From assembly GCA_039621445.1 (NCBI GenBank), contig CP154954.1, positions 34,321,737 through 34,385,736 on the forward strand: DNA of 64,000 nt, given 5' to 3'. The DNA comes from Euglena gracilis (Eukaryota). The notes beneath the pieces were generated by a model, which saw only the letters and a program-made list of their open reading frames with translations, was not told the DNA's origin and did not search any database. The translations under genes and the position numbers were made by a program. Shown piece by piece: positions 50,255-62,900 of the stretch (positions within the stretch are counted from its first letter, which is position 1; every line of letters begins with the position of its first letter).

Positions 50255-50673
50255 AGTGTACGTCCCCTGACTCTATTCCCACTGCCTGTCGGCCTACTTA
50301 CATCCTCCCGTGGGAACAGAACCAGGAGAGTAACAAAAAAGAAAATCTTTCACTTAACTGTTAGTTTTTATTGCCTTTGGGCTGATGCAGAGCACAAGGC
50401 AAAGAGAGGGATTTGTTTGGAAACTCGTTCCTCCAATGTCCTCCTATCGGAGTGTTGAACTTGAAATCTTGGTTTGCCCTTTTGGGCTAATGAAATGTGA
50501 AACAGAATAACAATACCACCTGTGAAAAGAGAAGGCAGATCCGAGATAGGATAGGCTATTCCTAATTCTGCAACTTGTATTGCAGAACTTGGAATAGTAC
50601 TATTTGGCATAACATTGTACATTTTGTAGGCTGCTGCTATGCACAGTGCCATGTTCATGCTGCCTGGTACACA
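50255..50673 (-). repeat. 5' LTR of element A
   Basis: TGTGTACCAGG...GTACACT on the element strand. Direct repeat of 42083-42501. Confidence 0.95.
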
Positions 50674-51900
50674 ATATGTCTCCTTTTCGCGAACGCTCCA
50701 TTTAACCTGTCCTTTCCCGTTGTCGCCCTGTAGCTTCCTGTTGAAGAAAGCCACAGGTCGGAGTTCATTCGCCGCATTATGCTGGCTAAGAACCCCGCCA
50801 ACAGCGTAATCGCTGCTGTCGCCTATCAGGACACATGGTTTGTATGAATCCGCGATATCGAGAACCACGTCCTCGAGGAGCAAGTCCTTGATTTTATTCA
50901 AGGACTCGCACATTTGCGTTATCGGGTGTCCGATTTTTGAGTTGTCGGGTTAAGGGTACCGCGATTGTTTGCCAAATTCTTCATGTAAATCGGGTAATAT
51001 TGGGCTAATCCCCAAAATCCATTTAAGTGCGTTAAGGTCTTAATGACCTCAGGAGTCCGTCTCTTAATGGCCTCCATATTGCTGGGTGCGGCTTTACACT
51101 GCCCGTTGCTCAGGATGTGCCCGCAAAACTTAATAAATTCGCGAAACAGGTGCATTTTGGAACCCTTCACAAAAATCACATGCTTTTGGAACGCGGATAA
51201 TACCGCCTGCACATCGCGATAATGCCGTTCAAGGACACCCTCGCCCGATTTCGCGGATGGTGGTTGGGTTCCCACCAGTGCATCATCGATGTACACCAGA
51301 GCAAACGGCAAATCGCGCAAAACCCACTGGATCATGCGTTGATACATGACTGGGCCATTCTTCCCATGACTGGGTCCATTGGTACACACCCTTGGATGTC
51401 ACGAATGACGTGTACGTTGCGAATCAGGATGCAAATGCATCTGATGGACACCGTCTTCCAGAAATAAGATTGACCACAACCGGTTATCCGATCGTTTAGT
51501 GATTAAATCCTCGATCAGCGGTAACGGGAGGGAGTCATCATTCATTTGGGAGTCAAGGTACCGGTAATCCAGCACCAGTCTCCACTTCTTCTGACCAGAC
51601 TGGTCAGCGGGTTTCGGCACCACAAAACCTTGTGATGTCCACTCGCTCCTGGAAGGGATAATCCATTTCCACTAGATGAGCTTCTCAATCATCTCGTTGG
51701 GAGCTTGTTCGCTTTCACACGAAAAACGGAATATTTTCGGGTGCATGAGTTTAGCGCCTTTCTTGAGCTCGTTTTTGCAAACACCGAACGGCCCGCCAGT
51801 CGCGGGGTCGATGCCGCAGGCGTAAACTGGGTTATCCAGTACACCATGGAATTCGCGAGTGATTCGTGAACAATAGTCATCTGACTTGGTGTGTTGGTCC
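50674..51900 (-). pseudogene. pol: Gypsy reverse transcriptase and N-terminal RNase H (element B)
   Basis: VPKP..KWRLVLDYR..LPLIEDL, YQRMI..VYIDD, FCGH, DSSDYAVGGVLSQ and RPVAFF.RKL. Confidence 0.93.
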
Positions 51901-52089
51901 GCACTCTTGATAACCGCAGAAATCTGCGTTGAGGGTGTGGCCACCCCATTGGTACCAAGGCATCATAGCACACGCAAAACGGATATTCCGAATGCGACAA
52001 AGAAACAAACGTGAAAAATGTATTCTTTAACAGCTGTAATACTATACCGCAAAAATCCTCGAATAGTGGTTCATCAGAGGGTTAATCCC

Positions 52090-52420
52090 ACCAATGAAAA
52101 CACACACATACAATAGCTGCTGAACCCAATCCGCATTCGGATTGACGGGTATGATGAGAGCTCCTCGCGCTTCATCGCGGAGGATTCTCTGCACCACATC
52201 CGGAAGAAGTTTTGGGGTAGGGTGCATCCACAGCACCGTATCACCCCAGAATTTTAGAAACACGTTGGAATGTCACGACCAATGTCGCGAGAAGCGCGCA
52301 TGCGCTTGTGATGAAAACGCATCAATTTCCAGCGACAAATCGAGGGAATCAGCCAACATCGCGATTTTGGAGAACGATTCCTCCAAAATACGGTATTGGC
52401 CAAAGTTAAATGCATTCTAT
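52090..52420 (-). pseudogene. Dam-like N6-adenine methyltransferase domain inside gypsy pol
   Basis: YRILEESF..LEIDAFSSQAHARFSRHW*..NVF..FWG..LWMHPT..LPDVVQRILRDEARGALIIP...W...L. Collinear with the DIRS MTase at 26550-26995. The NPP position reads HPT. Confidence 0.72.
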
Positions 52421-53149
52421 ACGCGCATCGCGTACCTGTCGACCTGGTTCGCGGGTTGAAGGGCGGTAACACAATTAAGGGATCCGCAAACATAAGTCAA
52501 GGGTCTGCCATCCACACTCCCAAGGGGCATTCCCAAGCGTTTATGGGTCGGATGAGTGCATACCCAGTCCTATCATGGCAGCTGGAGGTGGGGGAGGTTA
52601 CTTGATGTACGGTCGCGCATTGTGATCAGCAACCAAGTGTATGTGGGTGAAAAATCGGGATAAGTGTTGGTGTTTGGACTAAACATCCACAATCGAAATC
52701 TGGCTGGGGGAAATTCTCCCTGGAAGGAAGTGTCGGAGTAGTGGTCCTGGTCGCGCATGTTGGTCTGGTGGGTGTGTGTGTAAAAGCTGGGATGCGCTTT
52801 TGTAGCTGCTGGGGGGTGTACTGGTGTATCTGAAAGCGGTACATCTGGTGGAAAACGGGGTATTGTTGCAGCTGGGCGACTACTCGACACCGTACGTACT
52901 TCAGGCCTTTGGGCTGTCGCCTTGTAACCTAGTGGAACGAGGGGGGTGCCGCTACTCACCTGCCCTGCCTCATGGGGAACGGAGGTTGGTGTGTCATTGG
53001 GCAGGGGGAGAACTTTCTCGGTACACCCAGTTTGGAAAACGTTGGTTGGTGTGGTTGATAACGGGGTAAAATTTTTCGAAAACGGTGCGGAAAAATTGGT
53101 GGTCGTCGTGGTTGACACCACAGGTGATGAAGGTTTTAGGGGCAATGAA

Positions 53150-53500
53150 GAGGATGGTGATGTGCGCAAACCGTGGGAGCGGCAATGCACTACCAGCCGG
53201 TGTTGACGTAAAACGGGGAATCCCAGAATTACGTCCGAACCATGCATTCCGGCTTCGTATCCCCAGGTATCCAGAAAAATTTGCGGTTTGGAGGGGTGTG
53301 AGTGGTGCTTGGGGATGAGGGGTAGGACAATGTCCTAAAAGCATCCTAAGTCACGACCGCACATGAGGGTGTTGTCAGCCGTCGTAATTTTGATCAGCTC
53401 TTGGCTTTCACGAAGAGGGGGGTGGGCATCAACCCGAACCCAAAAAGTAGTGCAATGCGACAACCAGTGTCAATGAGAATTTTGACTTTTGCACAAAAAT
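53150..53500 (-). pseudogene. Aspartic protease (element B)
   Basis: VKILIDTGC at ~53460-53490, ITTADN, and SDVILGFPVL. Confidence 0.85.
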
Positions 53501-53779
53501 TTTGGATTTTGATTTCCGCTTGGACCAAAAGTTTCCATGGAGGGTAAGCAAAGTGAAGGGTCTGGCGAAAATACGTTTTCTTGCCAACTTTCCCATGAAC
53601 CGTTTCCTACTTTGCACAACATTCTGAGCGAAAAATTGGAGTGGAGGGTGGGGGACCCGATAATTTTCCGGGTACCGACCGGAAAGGCAGATGGGCTGGG
53701 GGGGGGCAGGGTTGATCAGGTCCTACCTCCATCTTTTCATCAGCCCAGAGGTCCGTGCCCTCGGACCTCGGGCTCCCCT

Positions 53780-56700
53780 ACTCCAGGTCCGAACCGGCCG
53801 AATAGCCGGCTATGGGCGTTTTAGAGGTATAAATGGATTTCAACGTGCGCACCGCCCTGCAAGCGTCGTCGAAATCGGTATCCGTGGTCTCATCCCCCAT
53901 CCTGCCCGAAGCCGGGGTGTCATCGTCCAAACAAGATATCTTGAAACCGACTTTATTGCGGTTGGAGGATTGACCCTTGTCACCGCGATTCATACCGCGA
54001 TGACGTTGGCCAGCGCCGGGAGAATGTAAACGCAGACATTTGGATGAGTGGTGATCACTCGATCCACAAAGCGAACACCGAGCTTTGTGTCGCCATTCTG
54101 GGTAACGGGGGATCGGTTTCCTTAATTCCCGTCAAACCGTCGTGGTGAGCGGGTATCACGTCGAACATGACCGGTGTGTCGGGGTTTTCCGGATGAGGAT
54201 CGCGAAGAGGATGATCCGCTTCGCGAACGCGATTGCGCTGTCTCGCGATAAGAATCACGGTTTTTGGACGAGGCACCGGGTGACCTACCCCGAGGGGTAC
54301 CGTGTTTCCGCTCATCGCGGAACAGGATCCGGGGGCTAATACCACCGGAACGGGGACCCGATGACCGTGAATTGCCCGATTGGCGTAAAAATGCGGAAGA
54401 ACCCAAACCTCGTGATAAGGTCGAGCCTCGCGGACTCTGAATACTCTTTCTGGCATCAGGATTAGGACATTCCCAAGACATATGTCGCGCTTTGTTGCAC
54501 GAAAAGCGCACTTTATCCGTGGCTTGGTCCGAAGTTGGCAGATATCGTGTTTTCGATCCCGTGGTGGGTGAAGTGGGTGAAACCGGTCATTTTTACAATA
54601 CGTTCACCGAACCAGCCGGTAATCCAGCGGTTGGGTGTGCGTTATACGCGGCTTGAATTTGACCGAGAAGCTGTGATACCTTCAATTGCTTGGAAACGTA
54701 GTTCCAGCGTTGGTCAAGAGTCATTGGATGACTCGCCATCTCCTCACGGTGTATATCCTTGATGAGTCTAGGCGTGAAATGTATGAGAACAGCATCAAAC
54801 TGTTCGCGCATTTGCTTTTCACTGAGTTCATCCACCTCGGTGGCAAGTCCTAACCATTTGGCATTCCAAAGTTTAATGGACTTCCACTTGCGATGGGGAG
54901 CATTGCCGCCACTTTGTCTCTAGGGTAATCCTAGCGACCAAAGTTGAAGTGGTGTAAGCGTATTGCCCAACCAGGTCATCAAAGGAAACGCGGCAGCGAA
55001 TCACAAGTTGTCGCGCGCGCTGCTTATCATCCCTTGGGAGGCAATTGATGAGTCCCATCTTTATTCCCTCCTGGTTTGTGCCTTAGGTTGGCCCTTTCAA
55101 TGCCCAGTAGTATTCCCAGTCCCGGAAAAAGTGTCTCCATGTGGTTTGATCACCGTCCCATTGGGGTTTCACCTTTTTCGCAATTGCGATGGTGCCCTTG
55201 AAGTCTTTCGGAGGAACCCATTGACCCTCGGTGGTATTCCGCGGTTTTGGGCCTGGGTCCGCTCGAGCACTAAGCATATCCTTTCCGGATTTTTGTCGGA
55301 ATTGCGAAATTTCTCGCGAACGTGAACCCTGGTACCGAAAACTTGGTCGCCAACCCTGTTGGTCACCCGTAATATGGGGACTCTCGGGTGTGGTGGTATG
55401 TCGTGCATGCAACATGTTGTCCTCTCCTGGTGTACGGGTTTGCTCCTTCCACGCACAAGCATGGAATGGTGAATTTCTTGGTTGAGACTTGGCGGAATCG
55501 CCGTGATTTCCGAAAATTCGGTTCCCGTAAACCCCCCTCCCCTAATAGAAGCACGGGTGCGCTTATAGGGGATCGCCGCCTCCGGCGGCGGGGGGTGCGC
55601 TTCTATTTGGACCCTACCTGCGCGATTTTTGTTGATTTCCTTTAGAAATCCATCAAAATGGGGGGTGCGCTTGTAGCGGACCGCCGCCTTTGGCGGCGGG
55701 GGGTGCGCTTTTATTTGGACCCTGCGCTTGTAGCGTCCCCGTGCTTCTATTAGGGGGGAGGGGTTTAATGGGAACTTCGTCGGAAAACTGGGTTTGGTTT
55801 GAGGACAGGGCCAATTGGTGGCACAATTCGCGGAGTCGCGGGTTGTGACACTCAGGACACGGGTGATGGTGGTGCATGTGCACCCAGATTAGTGTTGTGG
55901 AAACGCAAATCTGGAGGATTTGGCGCATCTTCGGCAATGCATACTGCCGAATTGCGGTGTGAAACCCGCTGTTGGTTGGACACATTATCCAACCCCGCAG
56001 ACAAGTCATGCAAACTTTGCTCCAAATGCTCAAGGGGGGGTGCGCTTATAGGCGGACCCTTGGCGCGGTGCGCTTATTCGGTGAGTGAATGCGCGAGGCG
56101 ATTTGTGAATTCAAAGTGGGTTTTGGGGTTTTTGAGAGGAAAGGGTCCCGGTTCATGGCGGGGGGGTGGGGGATTCGTGTGGGAAAAACGGGTTTGGTTT
56201 GGGCCGGGGGACAATTCGGAGTCGGGTTGGCAATGCACCTCAAACGGTGTGTGTGAAATGTTTGCCGATTAGTTTGTGGAAACGCAAATCTGGTGGGACA
56301 TTCCCAGCAGCATACTGCACTGTGAAACTTGGTTGGCACAATACTCCAATCATGTCATCCTCAAAATGGCCGCAACCGCTCCGCGCGCATCCGTTTGCAG
56401 GTGCCCAATCTGCGCGGACATCGCGGTTTCCTGTGAGGTGTGGTTGTGAATCGGAGAGAATGCAAGGTGGCAAGGTGCGGGTGGTGTTGGCTGCAACACA
56501 ACGCGGTTGTGGTACACACGGTCAAATTTCCGGGTTGTGGGTTATCCAACAACGCAGAAATTCGCTCGTCCAACGTGGTAATCTCACCCTGCGTGGATCG
56601 GGCATTCCGATTCACCGATTCCTCAAGCCGTAATAGGCTGTTGCCGAAATCTTGCAAGGTTTCCTGATTGCCACTGAGCATTTTGTTAAAAAAAGCTTTG

Positions 56701-58195
56701 AAATCAGGGTTCTCGGTAATCCGGGAACTGGAACCTGCAGGTAAAGACTGCATTTCAGTTACTTTGGTAGATACCGATGCGTACCGGGTCTGTAGTTCCC
56801 CAATAGCAGCCTGAATACCGCTAATGTCCGGAACTCGGTGGGAAAGTGCGGAATAGATTCGTTGCAAACCAGAAATGGCCGAGTTCATCCCGCCAGTGTC
56901 GGATCGCAGCTGCAACTGCAGGGAATCCTACCGTTGTGCTACTTCCGCGACTTTCGCGTTCAGAGAGGATAATCCAACCTGATTTGTGTCACAAAAGCAG
57001 GTTTTCTGCTCCAAACGGGAAAGTCGCTCCTCCAACTGCCGCACTGGATAAACTTCTCGTTGGCTTGTGAGTGGAATTGCCGAAACGTTTGTGTTTCGTC
57101 GCACAACTGCATAATGCGGTGTTGCGATTCATGGAAAGTTGCGGATAGGGTGATGAAGTGCTCCATAGACACAAATCCACCAGTACCGGATGTTGCAGAC
57201 GAGGAATCTCGTGCATGCAACTGTTGTTGCAAGTGCAACAGCGCGGATGAACAGGACTCCATTTGTCCCAATAACTGTCGTAGTGAATCATGCAAGTGCA
57301 GAAACTTGGTGTCATTCCGCGTTTCCGCTTCGTGCATGCATTCACTAATTTGCTGGAAGTTTTGTGGGAGCTGTTGGCACATTTTGTCGAAGATTTCCCA
57401 AAAGTTTTCAAGGTCAATACCCGCACTTTCGAAATTCCTCTGACAATATTTGCCAACTTCCTGCAAGTAATTCCAGCAGTATTCCAGCTTGGTGAAGTCA
57501 TGTTTTGGTTGTACGCATCAAACTGAAGCACTTTGTTCTGTGCGGTTGCAAAATGTGCAGCGACTTCTTTCACATGGTTGAACTGCCTCACAATGGGGTG
57601 ACCCTCTGGAAGCACATCCTCAGCAGTGAGTAGCCCCCCCGTGCACACCGCATAACCATCCATGGGTTGGGACATACCGGAGAATTCCGGTACCAATAGG
57701 CGTGTCTCCGGCTGCCAACTTAATGCGGGATAGCAGCCGAGATCGGGTGGTGGTGGCAAAGCTCTGTAAGGGCTTGCTGGTGGAAGAGCGGGTGGTGGTT
57801 GAAAATAAACACGGGGCTTCTAGCCCACCATCACCAGAGAAGCCCGGTGGCGGAATTACCACCGGTCTGTCCGGTGTGCACAACTGCGCCATTTCCGCAT
57901 AAAGAGGTGAATACCCCCGTTGTGGCAAGATGAGTGCGGAAGAGGCCGCATTAGCCTCTGAAGCCAATGATGCGGAGGGCTCATCGCCGACCACTGTCAA
58001 TGATGACAAGAGCTGCAGTTTTGACAATCGAACAAATTGTGCCTCATTGCCGTGGGAACTGGAAGCACTTTCACATAAAAGCTTCCAAATCCCCTGTTTC
58101 TTGGTCAATGTCTTGCAATGATGCCTGTAATATGGCATAGTTGAATTAATGCTTGGGGTCTGTGCTTTGCGTCTTTCTGATACCAAAAACAGCAA
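53780..58195 (-). pseudogene. gag: gag of element B (fragmented)
   Basis: Series of minus-strand ORFs homologous to gag of A (KKVKPQWDGD, EQFDAVL.HF.P, RWNYVSKQLK). FSCNKARHMSWEC knuckle remnant. Confidence 0.82.
55524..55772. mobile_element. MITE (Tc1/pogo-like CCGTA terminus) in gag of B
   Basis: TIRs CCCGTAAACCCCCCTCCCCTAATAGAAGCACGGG / CCCGTGCTTCTATTAGGGGGGAGGGGTTTAATGGG. Internal TGCGCTT repeats. Confidence 0.8.
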
Positions 58196-58439
58196 AAACC
58201 CACAAACTAATCAATTGTGCTAGCACCAGAGGGGCTGTAACGTGTAGTACCGTACAGAGCCTTCCGGAGCCTGCTCGTCTGCTTAGACATTGACTAGAAC
58301 CCGGGAGCTGACGCTGTGACCGTGCAATAACGGCGTGGGGGCCCTCCCTGCGAGTCAGGGTAGGATCGAACCAATCTGCCTCCAAATGTAATACCTGGTA
58401 GCCTTTCTTTCTGTGAAGTATGTGTGGGATCGTAACCAA

Positions 58440-58449
58440 TCTGCTACCA
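58440..58449 (-). promoter_or_regulatory. Primer-binding site, tRNAiMet type (element B)
   Basis: TGGTAGCAGA immediately after the LTR end GTACACT. Confidence 0.85.
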
Positions 58450-58764
58450 AGTGTACGTCTGATTCCAAATTCCCCTTTCCCAATTCCTAAAAAAGCCTTC
58501 GCTTTCGCCTTGGCGCACCTATTTGGGAACTGAAAATGAGAGTAACGGAAAAACCCTTTCCCCCTTCCAAAGAAGCAAAGCACGGAGCAATGCAGGGAGG
58601 ACGGACTGGATATCCAAGTCCGGTCCGCAGAAAAGGAAGGAAACAAGAATATAAAGAATTCAACATGGGAGAGAGAAGGGGCAACCATTAGGAAATCCTA
58701 AAAGGATCTGCTTCCATCCTAACTTCCTTAACGGAAGTGGACAGAAGCATACGCCTGGTACGCA
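58450..58764 (-). repeat. 5' LTR of element B, abutting the satellite
   Basis: TGCGTACCAGG...GACGTACACT termini match the LTR termini of A. Flanked by the PBS and by satellite GTGCCCTGGCTTTGGAGG. Confidence 0.85.
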
Positions 58765-59974
58765 GTGCCCTGGCTTTGGAGGCCTCCTGTAACACCCATT
58801 TGGTTAATCGGAGTAAGGCCCATTTTGGACCATTTTTTATATTGTAACCTGGGCAGACCAGGTAAATGTCCCCCGAAATGGTCAAATGCACCCATCCAAA
58901 TGTGCTCATTTCTTGCAACCAACACTCCCGCTGCATGTTTTCCTTACCATTAAACCACAATAATCATGAAACCCACGGGTGCCCTGGCTTTGAAGGCCTC
59001 CTCGAACACCCATTCGGTTACTCGGAGTAAGGCCCATTTCGGTGCATTTTTTTTACATCGTAACCTGGGCAGACCAGTTAAATGTCCGTCGAAATGGTCA
59101 AATGGCCCCATCTAGGTGTGCTCATTTCTTGCAACCAACCTTCTGGCTGCATTTTATTTTTCACCATTCAACCACGATAATCATGAAAGCCACGGGTGCC
59201 CTGGTTTTGGAGGCCTCCTGGAACACCGATTCGGTTACTCGGAGTAAGGCCCATTTTTGACAACATTTTACATGGTAACCCGGGCAGAGCAGGAAAATGT
59301 CCACCGAAATGACTCAATTGCACTAATCTAGGTGTGCTCTTTTCTTGCAACCAACTTTCCGGCTGCATGTTTTTCTTACCATTAAACCACGATAATCAAG
59401 AAACCATAAGGTGCCCTGGGTTTGGAGGCCTCCTGGAAAACCCGTTCGGTTACTCGGAGTAAGGCCCATTTTGCAACACTTTTTACATGGTAACCTGGGC
59501 AGACCAGGTAAATGTTCCACCAAAATGGTCGAATGCGACCATCTAGATGTGCTCATTTCTTGCAACCAACCTTCCTGCTGCATGTTTTTTTTTACCATTA
59601 AACCACAATAATCATGAAACCCACGGATGCCCTGGATTTAGAGGCCTCCTGGAACACCCATTCGGTTGCTCGTAGTAAGGCCCGTTTTGGACCCTTTTTT
59701 ACATGGTAACCTGTGCAGACCAGGTAAATGTCCACCGAAATGGTCGAATGCACCCATCTAGAGGTGCTCATTTTGTTGCAACCAACCTTTCCGCTGCATG
59801 TTTTTCTTACCATTAAACCGCGATAGTCATGAAACCGACGGCTGCCCTGGCCTTGGAGGCCTGATGGAACACCCATTCGGTTACTCCCAGTAAGGCCCAT
59901 TCTGGACCACTTTTTACATGGTAACCCGGGCAGACCAGGTAAAGTCCACCGAAGTGTCCACCGAAATGGTCGAA
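58765..59974 (+). repeat. Diverged forward subfamily of the 213-bp satellite (~5.7 monomers)
   Basis: Diagnostic variants GGGTGCCCTGG, GGGCAGACCAGG and GTCCACCGAAATGG. More heterogeneous than the main array. Confidence 0.93.
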
Positions 59975-62900
59975 AAACACGCAGCGGGAACGTTGGTTGC
60001 AAGAAATGAGCACATTTAGATGGGTGCATTCGACCATTCCGGGGGACATTTACCAGGTCAGCCCAGGTTACCATGTAAAAATGGACCAAAGCGGGCCTTA
60101 CTCCGAGTAACCGAATGGGTGTTCCAGGAGGCCTCCAAAGTCAGGGGACCTGTTGGTTTCATGACTGTCGAGGTTTAATTGTAAGAAAAACATGCAGCGG
60201 GAATGTTGCTTGCAAGAAATCAGCACGTTTAGATGGGTGCATTCGACCATTCCGGGGGACATTTACCAGGTCAGCCCAGGTTACCATGTAAAAATGGACC
60301 CAATTGGGCCTTACTTCGAGTAACCGAATGGGTGTTCCAGGAGGTCTCCAAAGTCAGGGGACCCGTTGGTTTCATGATTGTCGTGGTTTAATGGAGGAAA
60401 AACATGCAGCGTGAATGTTGGTTGCAAGACATGAGCACATTTAGATGGTTGCGTTCGACCATTCCAGGGGACATTTACCAGATGAGCCCAGGTTACCATG
60501 TAAAAATGGACCCAATTGGGCCTTACTCCGAGTAACCGAATGGGTGTTCCAGGAGGCCTCCAAAGTCAGGGGACCCGTTGGTTTCATGATAGTCGTGGTT
60601 TAAGGGTAAGAAAAACATGCAGCGTGAATGTTGGTTGCAAGACATGAGCACATTTAGATGGGTGCATTCGACCATTCCGGGGGACATTTACCAGGTCAGC
60701 CCAGGTTACCATGTAAAAATGGACCCAATTGGGCCTTACTTCGAGTAACCGAATGGGTGTTCCAGGAGGTCTCCAAAGTCAGGGGACCCGTTGGTTTCAT
60801 GATTGTCGTGGTTTAATGGTAAGAAAAACATGCAGCGGGAATGTTGGTTGCAAGAAATCAGCACATTTAGATGGGTGCATTCGACCATTCCGGGGGACAT
60901 TTACCAGGTCAGCCCAGGTTACCATGTAAAAATGGACCAAAACGGGCCTTACTCCGAGTAACCGAATGGGTGTTCCAGGAGGCCTCCAAAGTCAGGGGAC
61001 CTGTTGGTTTCATGACTGTCGAGGTTTAATAGTAAGAAAAACATGCAGCGGGAATGTTGGCTGCAAGAAATCAGCACATTTAGATGGGTGCATTCGACCA
61101 TTCCGGGGGACATTTACCAGGTCTTCCCAGGTTACCGTGTAAAAATGGACCAAAACGGGCCTTACTCCGAGTAACCGAATGGGTGTTCCAGGAGGCCTCC
61201 AAAGTCAGGGGACCTGTTGGTTTCATGATTGCCGTGGTTTAATGGTAAGAAAAACATGCAGCGGGAATGTTGGTTGCAAGACATGAGCACATTTAGATGG
61301 GTGCATTCGACCATTCCGGGGGACATTTACCAGGTCAGCCCAGGTTACCATGTAAAAATGGACCAAAACGGGCCTTACTCCGAGTAACCGAATGGGTGTT
61401 CCAGGAGGCCTCCAAAGTCAGGGGACCTGTTGGTTTCATGACTGTCGAGGTTTAATTGTAAGAAACACATGCAGCGGGAATGTTGCTTGCAAGAAATCAG
61501 CACATTTAGATGGGTGCATTCGACCATTCCGGGGGACATTTACCAGGTCAGCCCAGGTTACCATGTAAAAATGGACCCAATTGGGCCTTACTTCGAGTAA
61601 CCGAATGGGTGTTCCAGGAGGTCTCCAAAGTCAGGGGACCCGTTGGTTTCATGACTGTCGTGGTTTAATGGAGGAAAAACATGCAGCGTGAATGTTGGTT
61701 GCAAGACATGAGCACATTTAGATGGGTGCATTCGACCATTCCAGGGGACATTTACCAGATGAGCCCAGCTTACCATGTAAAAATGGACCCAATTGGGCCT
61801 TACTCCGAGAAACCGAATGGGTGTTCCAGGAGGCGTCCAAAGTCAGGGGACCCGTTGGTTTCATGATTGTCGTGGTTTACCGGAAGAAAAACATGCAGTG
61901 GGAATGTTGGTTGCCGGATATGAGCAAATTTAGATGGGTGCCTTCGACCATTCCGGGGGACATTTACCAGGTCAGCCCAGGTTACCATGTAAAAATGGAA
62001 CAAAACGGGCCTTACTCCGAGTAACCAAATGGGTGTTCCAGGAGGCCTCCAAAGTCAGGGGACCTGTTGGTTTCATGATTGTCGAGATTTAATGGTAAGA
62101 AAAACATGCAGCGGGAATGTTGGTTGCAAGAAATCAGCACATTTAGATAGGTGCATTCGACCATTCCGGGGGACATTTACCAGGTCAGCCCAGGTTACCA
62201 TGTAAAAATGGAACAAAACGGGCCTTACTCCGAGTAACCAAATGGGTGTTCCAGGAGGTCTCCAAAGTCAGGGGACCCGTTGGTTTCATGATTGTCGTGG
62301 TTTAATGGTAAGAAAAACATGCAGCGGGAATGTTGGTTGCAAGACATGAACACATTTAGATGGGTGCATTCGACCATTCCGGGGGACATTTACCAGGTCA
62401 GCCCAGGTTACCATGTAAAAATGGACCCAATTGGGCCTTTGGGTGTTCCAGGAGGCCTCCAAAATCAGGGGACCCATTGGTTTCATGATTGTCGTGGTTT
62501 AATGGTAAGAAAAACATGCAGCGGGAATGTTGGTTGCAAGACATGAACACATTTAGATGGGTGCATTCGACCATTCCGGGGGACATTTACCAGGTCTGCC
62601 CAGGTTACCATGTAATAATGGACCAAAACGGGCCTTACTCCGAGTAACCGAATGGGTGTTCCAGGAGGCCTCCAAATTCAGGGGACCTGTTGGTTTCATG
62701 ACTGTCGAGGTTTAATGGTAAGAAAAACATGCAGCGGGAATGTTGGATGCAAGAAATCAGCACATTTAAATGGGTGCATTCGACCATTCCGGGGGACATT
62801 TACCAGGTCTGCCCAGGTTACCATGTAAAAATGGACCAAAACGGGCCTTACTCCGAGTAACCAAATGGGTGTTCCAGGAGGTCTCCAAAGCCAGGGGACC

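Larger units (their letters stand above)
42083..50673 (-). mobile_element. Gypsy-family element 'A', pol-less, inserted into the RNase H of B
   Basis: 419-bp LTRs (42083-42501, 50255-50673; about six differences by eye). TSD ATATG (42078-42082, 50674-50678). PPT at 42502-42511 and PBS at 50245-50254. Gag is homologous to B. Confidence 0.95.
39865..58764 (-). mobile_element. Ty3/gypsy chromodomain LTR retrotransposon 'B' (5' LTR present, 3' end lost; nested insertions)
   Basis: 5' LTR 58450-58764, PBS, gag with CCHC knuckles, protease, Dam-like domain, RT, RNase H split by element A, integrase and chromodomain, all on the minus strand in gypsy order. Confidence 0.92.
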
